Positions 1-12,205 of a stretch of DNA of 64,000 nt are shown here, one piece after another (the stretch's first letter is position 1; the number at the start of each line of letters is the position of its first letter). A program made the translations under genes and the position numbers. The notes beneath the pieces are model-generated. The model worked only from the letters and a program-made list of their open reading frames with translations. It was not told where the DNA came from and made no database searches. This stretch comes from Tubiluchus corallicola (taxonomy: Eukaryota; Animalia; Priapulida), in the NCBI GenBank assembly GCA_030141605.1, contig JAQGDQ010000042.1:372001-436000 (forward strand). Direction: 5' to 3'.

Positions 1-40
1 CTCCTCCGCCTTGTGTCGAAATACAGTGTGGGCATCCCGC

Positions 41-289
<249 letters not shown>

Positions 290-302
<13 letters not shown>

Positions 303-890
303 GCATTTTATTCGCATCTAAAATCGATGCAGTGTATGTACGACAAGTATATGTAATTTTATAATATAGATATGTATTCAAAGGTAAGAGTTAGAAATAT
401 TACAAAGAGATCAGTATGCTACATGTAGTAGTTTCTTACAAGGTCGTAAAAAGATTACGTTTTACATTGTGATTAAAGTACAGAGCGCAACCATATTTCA
501 ACCTTAAGTTAAAATCACTGTAATTAATAAGATGCGACAATTTTGATATAAGTATGTGATTCGAATTTTGTGTTTTTCTTAAAAAGTTAAAATTGTTATC
601 TTGTTTCAGTCGAAATGGCATTTCATAAGTTGTAGTCTTCTGGAAATTTATTCACAGTAGCGTTGCCATAGCAAAAACTGGTTTCTGTTTTAATTTCAGT
701 TAACTGAAAAAAGGATCCAAATCACAAGCCAACAATAAAATTTTAAATGCCATCATAAAGAACCATAACACAACTGGTCAACCAAGATATAAATGAGCTA
801 TGGACAATGGTTAATCCCATGGGAGTCTTTGCTGCCATATTGGAGAAGCACAATTTTCACCCACCTGAACCCAGGTAAAGTTTCTGCCTG
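290..890 (+). pseudogene. Duplicated, internally deleted fragment of MRPL44 (intron 6 plus 3' part of exon 8 and its donor)
   Basis: Colinear with 34567-35490. Region 766-874 encodes TQLVNQDINELWTMVNPMGVFAAILEKHNFHPPEP followed by GT, with 4 differences from exon 8. Exon 7 and the exon-8 acceptor are missing. Confidence 0.9.
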
Positions 891-939
891 TACTTGTGGA
901 ACCCACGTTACATACAAGCTTTTTTCCTGTGTTTGCCTC

Positions 940-3780
940 AAACAAACTACCATTATCACGCCACATTTTCCACCACTCCTCTTCACTGCTTACCCACTTT
1001 GTTTCTATCCACCACTGCAACAGCATCTACCATTGTGCTGTTCAACCACTTTCTCCATCCACCAGTATCCACCATCCCCACAACAATGCTCAACTACCTT
1101 TTATATCCACTACTGCAGTAGCATCCAGAGTTGTACTCCTCAGCCACCTTTTTTTTATCCATTACTGCAACGACATCCACGACTCGAAAAGCTCAACCTC
1201 ATTTCCTAGCTATCACTGCAACAGCATTCCACAACACTGCTTAACCTCCTCTCTTATTCGCAACTGCAACAGCCTCCACAACCTCACTGTTCTCTACTGC
1301 TCATCTACCTTTCCGACTTTCCGATCCACAACTGCAACAACCTCCACAGCTTCACTGCTCTCTACTGCTCATCTACCTTTCCGATCCACAACTGCAACAG
1401 CCTCCACAACCTCACTGCTCTCTACTGCTCATCTACCTTTCCGATCCACAACTGCAACAGCCTCCACAACCTCACTGCTCTCTACTGCTCATCTACCTTT
1501 CCGATCCACAACTGCAACAGCCTCCACAGCTTCACTGCTCTCTACTGCTCATCTACCTTTCCGATCCACAACTGCAACAGCCTCCACAGCCTCACTGCTC
1601 TCTACTGCTCATCTACCTTTCCGATCCACAACTGCAACAGCCTCCACAACCTCACTGCTCTCTACTGCTCATCTACCTTTCCGATCCACAACTGCAACAG
1701 CCTCCACAACCTCACTGCTCTCTACTGCTCATCTACCTTTCCGATCNNNNNNNNNNNNNNNNNNNNNNNNNNNNNNNNNNNNNNNNNNNNNNNNNNNNNN
1801 NNNNNNNNNNNNNNNNNNNNNNNNNNNNNNNNNNNNNNNNNNNNNNNNNNNNNNNNNNNNNNNNNNNNNNNNNNNNNNNNNNNNNNNNNNNNNNNNNNNN
1901 NNNNNNNNNNNNNNNNNNNNNNNNNNNNNNNNNNNNNNNNNNNNNNNNNNNNNNNNNNNNNNNNNNNNNNNNNNNNNNNNNNNNNNNNNNNNNNNNNNNN
2001 NNNNNNNNNNNNNNNNNNNNNNNNNNNNNNNNNNNNNNNNNNNNNNNNNNNNNNNNNNNNNNNNNNNNNNNNNNNNNNNNNNNNNNNNNNNNNNNNNNNN
2101 NNNNNNNNNNNNNNNNNNNNNNNNNNNNNNNNNNNNNNNNNNNNNNNNNNNNNNNNNNNNNNNNNNNNNNNNNNNNNNNNNNNNNNNNNNNNNNNNNNNN
2201 NNNNNNNNNNNNNNNNNNNNNNNNNNNNNNNNNNNNNNNNNNNNNNNNNNNNNNNNNNNNNNNNNNNNNNNNNNNNNNNNNNNNNNNNNNNNNNNNNNNN
2301 NNNNNNNNNNNNNNNNNNNNNNNNNNNNNNNNNNNNNNNNNNNNNNNNNNNNNNNNNNNNNNNNNNNNNNNNNNNTGGATTATCTTAGGTTCGCGATCCA
2401 CAACTGCAACAGCCTCCACAGCCTCACTGCTCTCTACTGCTCATCTACCTTTCCGATCCACAACTGCAACAGCCTCCACAACCTCACTGCTCTCTACTGC
2501 TCATCTACCTTTTCGATCCGCAACTGCAACAGCCTCCACAACCTCACTGCTCTCTACTGCTCATCTAGCTTTTCGATCCACAACTGCAACAGCCTCCTTA
2601 ACCTCACTGCTCATCTACCTTTCCGATCCACAACTCCAACAGCCTCCTGAACCTCACTGCTCATCCACCGTTCCGATCCGCAACTGCAACAGCCTCCACA
2701 GCTTCACTGCTCTCTACTGCTCATCTACCTTTTCGATCCGCAACTGCAACAGCCTCCACAACCTCACTGCTCTCTACTGCTCATCTAGCTTTTCGATCCA
2801 CAACTGCAACAGCCTCCTTAACCTCACTGCTCATCTACCTTTCCGATCCACAACTCCAACAGCCTCCTGAACCTCACTGCTCATCCACCGTTCCGATCCG
2901 CAACTGCAACAGCCTCCACAGCTTCACTGCTCTCTACTGCTCATCTACCTTTTCGATCCGCAACTGCAACAGCCTCCACAACCTCACTGCTCTCTACTGC
3001 TCATCTAGCTTTTCGATCCACAACTGCAACAGCCTCCTTAACCTCACTGCTCATCTACCTTTCCGATCCACAACTCCAACAGCCTCCTGAACCTCACTGC
3101 TCATCCACCGTTCCGATCCGCAACTGCAACAGCCTCCACAGCTTCACTGCTCTCTACTGCTCATCTACCTTTTCGATCCGCAACTGCAACAGCCTCCACA
3201 ACCTCACTGCTCTCTACTGCTCATCTAGCTTTTCGATCCACAACTGCAACAGCCTCCTTAACCTCACTGCTCATCTACCTTTCCGATCCACAACTCCAAC
3301 AGCCTCCTGAACCTCACTGCTCATCCACCGTTCCGATCCGCAACTGCAACAGCCTCCACAGCTTCACTGCTCTCTACTGCTCATCTACCTTTTCGATCCG
3401 CAACTGCAACAGCCTCCACAACCTCACTGCTCTCTACTGCTCATCTAGCTTTTCGATCCACAACTGCAACAGCCTCCTTAACCTCACTGCTCATCTACCT
3501 TTCCGATCCACAACTGCAACAGCCTCCTGAACCTCACTGCTCATCCACCGTTCCGATCCGCAACTGCAACAGCCTCCACAGCTTCACTGCTCTCTACTGC
3601 TCATCTACCTTTCCGATCCACAACTGCAACAGCCTCCTGAACCTCACTGCTCATCCACCGTTCCGATCCGTAACTGCAACAGCATCCACAACCGTGCTGC
3701 TCATCCACCTTTCCTATCCATAATTGCAATTGGATACACAACTGCACAACTCATCTACTTTTCCTAGTCATTACTGCAAT
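940..3780 (+). repeat. Minisatellite of 60-bp and 50-bp units with a 220-bp higher-order repeat and degenerate flanks
   Basis: Unit ccgatccacaactgcaacagcctccacaacctcactgctctctactgctcatctaccttt repeats with period 60 at 1321-1746. After the gap, agcctcctga recurs at 2641, 2861, 3081, 3301 and 3521 (period 220 = 60+60+50+50). Confidence 0.97.
1747..2375. other. Assembly gap (N run) inside the minisatellite
   Basis: 629 N bases. Confidence 1.
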
Positions 3781-4053
3781 AACACATTTTTTAACGCTTG
3801 TAAGTTCAATTGTCCCATAATAAAGCCCCTTAATATGCAATGAAGAGCTTCATCAGATTAGTTCTTGCTTTTTGGAACATGAAATCCTAGTGTACGTATT
3901 TCAAACATTATAGGATATTGTTCCATGCATTTCAAATTGTTCCTTCTACTGTTAATAACTACTGCACACGAAGACAGAGTTAAAACATAATTTGCTCGTA
4001 CAATGTTGCGTTAGCCTCAATATTGGTTAGCTCAGAAAACAGTTTAGGCTTAC

Positions 4054-4128
4054 ATACAGACAGAATTTATTTTGCTGTCCAGAAGATGTCTTTATATCTA
4101 CGGTCGGGTTGGGATTTTTTTCGGCCAT
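4054..4128 (-). CDS. Possible first coding exon of a minus-strand gene leaving the window to the left (MAEKNPNPTVDIKTSSGQQNKFCLY)
   Basis: ATG at 4128 in tcaATGG context, 25 open codons, then a GTAAGC donor. No homology recognised. Confidence 0.3.
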
Positions 4129-4479
4129 TGAAGAGAAGATGCAAGAGTGAAGAATCTATTCGTTATGAAAACATTGGCAGCTGGCAACGCTGGGTAGCAC
4201 CGTGGTAAATTTACAAAAAGTTTAGTACTCGGATTGCCAGTTCCCTGCTTTTAAACCACTGCACGTTTACATATGCAATATTTCGAAGCAAAGAAAATGA
4301 TTTCTCTCAAAAATCGTCATTAATTTTGTCTTTGTACTTGACGTGAACACTGGCGCTAACTTCGCGGTGTCAGAATTGAAATAAAAGCTACTGATCTGGA
4401 TTTTGTCATCGTTTGTCAAGAATGCTTGCTTGCAGTATACCTATTGATCGTGTCTGATTCACAGTAATTAGCTTCATTG

Positions 4480-5165
4480 ATTAGACCGCATTGCATGGGC
4501 TTTATGGGCTACAACCCAGGCGCCTCCGTCAGCTGTGGGGTCTCCAGAAATTAAGTGAAATCAATTTACAGGGAAAAATTACTACAAAATGAGAGTAGAG
4601 GTGTGATGAGTTATCTTTTTAAAAAGGCTCAATTAACTAATATTCTGCATAATAATACGCTGGAATTGTTTCCTTGTCCATCATTCCTACTCATTGATAC
4701 TGCCACACTAGCAATCCTGATTATAATGACACATTTTTGTAGGAATTGAGGTCACATCTCCTTTGACAAAAAAAATGTCTCTGTCCTGAGAGAACTTAGT
4801 GGTAGTTTGCCACTAATCTCAGTAGTAGGCTCTGGCCTACTGGATCTCTGGATTAGGTAGTACTAGTAAGAGTATATTTTATGATATACGTTAAAATACC
4901 AATAATTTATTTAATGTAATTTGCACGTATTATATTTAATATTTCAAAAACTTATATTAATAGTGTAAATATCAGAATATCTCTTCTCTTTTTGTTATGT
5001 TAAACTTGCACCTATCTATGTGGGCCTAATGTTGACATTATATTGTAGAAGTTAAATAAACTGATATGAAGAATCCAACTTTCCTACTTTTGTTAATATT
5101 CACTAGGAGCTGGGGCTTCAAAGTATCGGTAGCCGAGGGGCCTACAAAATCATAATCCGGCCCTG
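4480..5165. mobile_element. Degenerate hAT-like non-autonomous element
   Basis: Right end reads CAGGGCCGGATTATG on the minus strand, a typical hAT MITE terminus. The left end near 4480-4540 is degenerate and GC-rich. Confidence 0.35.
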
Positions 5166-6139
5166 ACTTCAAGTAAAAAATATCATATAGAATCGATAAA
5201 GATATTTATGCAACATAATAACAGAAAAGGTCTGATATTATTATACTATTATACTATTAATACACGTCTGTAGTAAACTGATATCTCCAGAGAATATTGG
5301 AAAACTGCAAACATTGCACCCAACAAAAAATGAGGCCCAATGTTGTACTTTTATTCATAAACGTATCCTTAAACGTATAAACTCGTAAACGTAATAACAG
5401 TACGGCATAGTAATGATTATTACAATATTAATTATTTACATGATTATTACAATATTAATTATTTATAGAAATGTTACGTCGCAGTTATAAAATTTGTAAG
5501 AAAAGACGAATTGCAGCCGTTTTACGTTGATGATGAAGGCGACGATTATGATGTTGATTATGATACTGAAGAATACCACGATGACGATAGCGATGATGAT
5601 GATGACGACAGTAATCAGAAAGAAAAAATGTGTTATTAATTAGATTTCAACATCGTACTTATGCCAATGACAATAATGTCTTAATAACAGTACATTAAAA
5701 TTTAATACGGATATATAAGGACTGAACGAATTTTATCCATTATTTCAACATTTCTGCTACATAATAGTCAAAACGTACAAATTTAAATATACAGCAAAAA
5801 TTAATAAAACACACTACTAGCTATATACAAATGCATGCAATCAACACCCGCCCGACATTTAAACAAAAGTTGTCCGTGAACCTGTATAACATAGTATTTT
5901 TTCTAATACAAAAGCAACTTACTTGCTTCACAGCTACCCCGGCAACAGCAGCAACGGCGGCGGCAATAGAGGAAAGGGCGGTAACTTCCTGTTGGCTTCT
6001 CAGGCTTCTCCAGGCAGTGGCGTCATGTTTCTGATTCTGCGCCAAAAACTCGTCGCTGAATTTGCTGAATTTTACACACGAAAACTTGTTATTGTCACTG
6101 CTTAGTGGAGGAAGGATTGCTTTATCAAAAATGTTGACA

Positions 6140-7810
6140 TTGCTATAATCACGAAACTTGCACGTTTGACACCTATAGGGTAGCCTCCTCCCGTAGGGGT
6201 CTTGAAGGTAGTATGATAAACGATGAGCTAAGTCAAAGGGTCAAAGGAAACTGGACATCGGTCATTTTTTCCATTGTCATTCAACCCCTCCTATGACTTT
6301 GAGTTAAAGTCGATTTTTTTCATAAGAATTTAGGTACTGTGGGGTAGATGTTTATCAGATTTTTTAAAAAGCTGGGATTACTTAAGGGCCCGAGATAGGA
6401 GCCAAAATATTAAAATTACGGCAGACGGCTTTTCAGTCAAATGCAAAGGGCTATGGTCATGAAACTTGCAATGTATACAACTGGGTAATGGTATAAACAA
6501 AGGTTTGGTGAAATAAACAGATATCAACAATGAATTTGGTCACAGCCTCAAGGATATAGAGGACATAGATCAGTTCAAGTCCTGACACTGAATAACTCAG
6601 TAATGGGATTAAGCGCAAGAACCGTTATGTTATCAGGATCTGGATCAGATTACATGGCTCTAGCTGATATAGGAATCATGCAACGCTATTGACCAATGGC
6701 GAGTCAATGCTGACCAGTGGGCTGAGCTAGATGACGTCACGATGATTGACAGTTAAGGGTCACTGTCATGCAAGCACCAATCAGTGTTAAGCTGACTGTT
6801 GTTAAGTAAATGTTCTAAGAACAGTTGCTGACTATTGACTAGCAAGTCAGCAGATGAAGCAAGTCGGCAGAAGAATAGAATTGATGTTAGATGTAAAAAT
6901 AGACTTTTATTAATAGCTCAGTAAAAATGAATACAAGCATTGTCAGGACGCTGCAGGAAGCGGTTGAGAAGTGGGTTATGACTTGTGCTTTTTCTATGTA
7001 TATTTGCTCTCGCTTTAGTTGTTCACTCCTTAATGTTAATATTATATTTTTGTACTTCAGTAAACTATACGATCACACTTTATCTACGAGTTTGACATTT
7101 CTATACTTCGACAAAAAGATTACATTAAACGCCAACAGACTCGAACATTATTATTACTCTAAGACTATATAGTATCGATATGCAGAGTCACGGAACTTTA
7201 AACTTGCTGGGTGCCCTGTGGAGAGGCGTAGATAAAGGCATGAAAGCTGAGACCTCAGTCAAAGGGTTAAGGATACCGGACATCGGTCAGTTTTTCAATT
7301 GTCAATCAAATCCTACTAGGGCTTTGAGTTATATTCGCGTTTTTCACAACACACAAGTATTTAGGTATTTTGAAATAGCACGTGCATTTGGGCTTTTAAA
7401 AAGCTGGGATTCTTTAACCGCACGAGACAGGCCAAAATATGGAAATTAGGTCAAACGGCTTTGTCACTCAAATACAGAACGCTAAAGTCACAGGGTTTGC
7501 AGGTATACGCCTGGAGTAGGGGGGGGGCATAGGCAAAGGTATAGTAAACAGTGACCTCGGTCAAAGTGTCAAGGACATGCAGATATAGGTCAGTTGGAGG
7601 CATAATGTTGAATATCACCAAAAGTGTAGCACGAAACTGGCAACGGGGTAGGGATCTTGAAAATAGTATGTTAAGGGGACCTTAGTCAAAGCACACTGGA
7701 TATCGGTCAGTTTTCTATCTTTCTAGAGCTTTGAGCTAATTTCAATTTTTTTCATAGGTACTGTGAGTAAATATACACCTGGCCTTTTAAAGGTTTGGGA
7801 TCCTCAAAAG
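6140..7810 (+). repeat. Diverged modular repeat (gaaacttgca...gtcaaag...ggacatcggtca...aaaagctgggat), probably an old non-autonomous transposon
   Basis: The same ordered motifs recur near 6150-6400, 7190-7450 and 7630-7805, and partially at 6455-6580, 7485-7595 and 9170-9265. Confidence 0.6.
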
Positions 7811-10800
7811 ATAATACTTGCCAGGCATAGTCAAGCATAAACACGGCCAGGCTTTATGCTTTATTATGTATTAAAGTTTACGACTAACTGTCCCAAATTG
7901 TGGAATTGGGATAGTCAGATTAAGCAATTTGCAAATGTGCTGCAAGACTTGCACGCTGAATGCCATTGTAGTCTCAAAATAATATTTTTATTTTATAATT
8001 ACATTGAGACTACAATGGCATTCAACGTTTTCTTATGTTAAAATGGCAAGTCTTAGGAGAGCTCTTTCATATTTTAAACCACAAACTAATACTGATATAC
8101 TGACTCACAGTTTCAATACACACTGAGAATCGTTTTTAGTTTGTTAAAAAAAGTCCCTAAGATGTTTGCTCACCTAATGCATGCACAAACATGCAATTTT
8201 CCTTATGTGGAAGCAGCCTTACTGACTGTTTATCACTTTTCTAATGTTGAATCTTACATTACAAGTAAAAGGACATTGCGTTCACATGTCGTTTAACGAA
8301 TTTCATGACTGCTTGATGCGCTACTTTAGGGGAATTATCAAACACATCAAGCAAAGGGCCAATGTAGTTGTGTGCAAGCAACGTATTTTAACATACTAAT
8401 TTTGTAGATTACACTGTACATGATTACAGATTATAAATTTTAGGTGTTTAGCACTTTTAGGGCGTATTTCGCAACGGATTTGCCGAAAGTAGAATGCAAA
8501 CTGTTGACTCGATACCAAAGACATTATTTCAAACAAGAACTGCTATATAGCATATCACTGATTGAACACCGCAGGGAGCAATCAAACGCCAACTATCGCT
8601 TAAAACACAATGTTATGTGACATAGAATTTGTAATAGTGACGCAATTACCGAGCATGGCGGTAAATCGATTGCGCACTGTTTACTAACAGCGAATGTATA
8701 GATCAGTTTTGTCTGTTACATTTTCAGCAAGTGAAGTTTTAAATTTATAAACTGACGCGTGATTCAGTAGATGATGAGCAAATCCTGCATTAAATTAAAG
8801 GTAATTAATGTAAATAATATCTTTAAAATAATCTATAAGTTCCTAATCGCCTTGGTTTGCAACATTATATTAATTAGCAATCACTATAATAGGCACCTAG
8901 CGGTAAAATGAATAGGGGTGATTTGTAATTTCACAATTTTTTGAATTAGTGCTGTAACGATACTACATAGCCGTAAACAGCCTCCAAACAAGACACCTTG
9001 AGGAGTACGCCGTGGGGGAAAAAGAGGTTTATGTAATTTTTGTCAGCGAGGATCGCGAACCTAAGATAATCCATGCAATGAATTCTCATTAGTGTTGTTG
9101 CTTATGGTAGACATCCAGTTTCCATAAGTATCCATTTTTAATTGATTTTAAGACCCAAACACAGAACGTTAGGGTCATGAAACTTGCAGGCACTTGGGAG
9201 AAGGGGTTCAGTTTGGTGAACGATAACCTCAATTACAAGGCCCAGGATACAGACATCGGTTACTTCGGGTGGCTATATCTGACTGCTGGGCTATCAATTA
9301 CTAATGCTATATACATCCACATAAATTATCAAAGGTACACCCACTTCAGATATATAATTTTTAATTGCACTATTGGCGCCATGACGCTTGAAGAGATTGC
9401 ATGTGTTTGTGCATTTTTAAAAAAAAGACAGGAAATATTGGACTCACCCAATAACTAGTCAGCGATTACTGATAGTCAAAGGGCAATTTTATAAGCTCTG
9501 TGACGACTTACGGACTCATCCGAGTAAATTCTTTTGTTATGATCGGGCAAGAAACTGCTGCATATCTGTACTTTGCTTATCGTGACATCAAATGGAGAAA
9601 AAATATGCTCAGTAAAATTATTCTTGTTTTTCGGTTTCGCTTACTGCTGTATGTAAGATTGAACATGTTTTATAACACGAATAACAGCCGTAATATATTG
9701 GCATACCTTGCAATCATCCTAAAACAAAAACTGCATAAAATGAATGAAAGCACCTGTGCATGCTAAAGAACTCGAAATCCAAATGCAAAGATTGTTTAGG
9801 GATATCAGTTCATATGAACAAGTTATAGATTTGCGAATTTTATCTAATTTACATTTAGCACATTTTCTTGGAAGGTCGTGAATACTTTCTTAGGCAAGTG
9901 CGATTGATACACGGGGTACTGGAGTCGGGGAACTTGAGGGACCAACTAGGAGCATAAATGTAATCGGTGTCTATCATTGTGATATAAAAATCTTAGTGTA
10001 GAAAAAATTGGCAGCGGGCAGTAGAAGGGTGTTGATTTTATTTGATACGTAGTTGTGGTCGCATGCACTGTTAACTTTCAAAACTTTATTTTGATCGTCA
10101 ATGTCTGAATTTGTGACTGAATCTTTTAAGATGGTATCAATGACAGTAAAAATGAATAATATTTATGAAACTTTGTTTTTCTTTCTCTCATTTTTATGTT
10201 TAATGGCACTTCTTCGTAAGACACTGCCTTCTTATGCTTAACTATTGTGTTTGGCTAAAGTTGCGTAATTGGAAATTGCATATCTGCGCACTGTCATCGA
10301 AGGATCTTCCTTGCGTATATATTATTAAAATAAATAAAGGTACATTACAAAGTAGTTGAGTAACTAAAAACTTTAGCCCAGATTGCAATTTTTAGTTGCA
10401 TATATCTGCACGACGATCTTATAGACATCAGTTATTTACAGATTTTGCAACATTTAGCCTAACACACCACAAGCAAGAGTGATGTGAGACATTTGCACAC
10501 GCAACGGAGCATATACACATTCAACATTATTGACAACAATATTGCGCAAAACTGATATTGTTTGATTTTAATGCAATATACCCAATCACCCGTCCTGCGC
10601 TGTTAACCACTTGCGGGTTTGTTGATCATCAAATGATAAAGAGTTAATGAATTGAAACAATAGACCCGGTTCTGGAAATGTCTACACGTGAACACCGTGT
10701 TATGTGTTTCACATTAAATCATTATCAAATTATTTTTAGCAATAACTTCTAAATTAAAGTTCTTACAACTTTTATTATCGTTGTATTTCGAATTTATTGT

Positions 10801-11169
10801 TCTAAATACGATCGACTGTTATAAATTTAACTAATATAATTTCGGAAAATTTAGGTGAGTTTTCACACACACAACTTTGCCGCTTGAACGCCAACAACAA
10901 CTCGATTTTTTGTCAGAATGTCAGAATGTTTGATATACAAGAACATTAGTAAAGGTACCTGCAAGGCTCCGGCATTAATGTCTTTCCGACAGAGTCGAAA
11001 ACAGTATAAATCTGTGTAATGTTTGTGAATCAGTAGTCTCGCATCTAAAATGAGTATTTTAAGCAAGTAAGTAAGTATTTTATTGTATTTATTCATAATC
11101 AAATCTCACACTACAACAGAAGAAAATTGACACAAATAAATTCAATCACTTATCGCATAAGTGACTAAG

Positions 11170-11720
11170 AAACTATACACAGTGAAAAAGGGAATATTGC
11201 AATTCACGGAAATTTTCTGTAGATCGTGCAACAAGATGTACAGAATTTGAAGTCCTTGTGGTTTTAGGCTGTGATAGCCAAAAGCTGTGATAACTATCTG
11301 ATTTCAATCGCATAATGATTCCCAAAATTGTTCTTCTCGCTGCAGCTTTCGAAATATCTGGGAGTACAAACTGCCACTTAGATTTCTCTTTGTTTAGCAC
11401 GGCCAGCTACATTAATAACTGAAGCGCATTTTTGCATTTGCACAATTTAAAATTTTTAAACTCCATATTTAAACAAAGATTTTTTTCTGATTTTGTAAAT
11501 GACAGAGACAATCCCATTACGATGCCTGATAATCTAACCACACCCATTACCAGAGATGCACGACATGCATAAAAGCCATACATGAGTGTCACGACATGAA
11601 TGCATGATAGTCTAATCGGGGCTAATTCTCTACTAATCAGAATTAAAGGCTGATGCAGAGAACAAGGAAAGACGGCTGTTTGCACATTATCAAAGTCGCA
11701 CATCAAAATCACCCTTTAAA
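11170..11720 (-). mobile_element. Highly degenerate LINE ORF2 remnant (endonuclease end and linker)
   Basis: GDF-like motif near 11710 and an SFW...ENFRELQYSLFHCV segment resembling the LINE linker region; many stops. Confidence 0.3.
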
Positions 11721-12205
11721 TCTATCTCATTCCATTTGACGGCAGGTATTATTGAAACAACATAGCATTTTCATTCTATTCTTAATAATAATTAATTGTT
11801 TATTGAATTATTAAGGGTTTGTCTTACGATAGTAATTATAATAATAATCGTTGTAATATAATAATAATAATAATAATAATAATTATAAAAATAATAATTG
11901 AAACTTTGCTATAGATTTTTGTGCTATGATATCCAATGGTTATGAATGGACTGCTGTACGTGTTAAATTTAAATGTTTCAGAATACTAGTCTTGGTCCTA
12001 ATGGAAGTTGTGCACTGTTAAAATGTGTTAGTCGTTGCGAATGGACTATTTTTGCTTCTCATTCTATTGTCTGTTTTGGTACGGAGACAAAAATGTTTTG
12101 ATTATAAAGTTGCGCTTGGCCACGGGTTGGCTTTATTATTGTTTTGATCATAAGATTCGATGATTTTTCCTTGTTTTTTAACAATTTTTCTGTTTTTCAC
12201 GAAGT

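Noticed and set aside
896-2650. 584-aa mucin-like Ser/Thr-rich ORF
   Set aside because: It spans the N gap and the minisatellite. The 60-bp unit lacks stops in all three plus frames because of its C/A-rich composition, and the 50-bp units shift frame. No support for coding.
1250-3700. CRISPR-like array
   Set aside because: Units are contiguous tandem repeats without unique spacers, the context is eukaryotic, and there are no cas genes.
5525-5615. Asp-rich coding-like stretch
   Set aside because: Degenerate (GAT)n low-complexity sequence without convincing splice sites or homology.
6625-6950. Possible solo LTR starting TGTTA
   Set aside because: No second copy, clear CA terminus, target-site duplication or primer-binding site seen.
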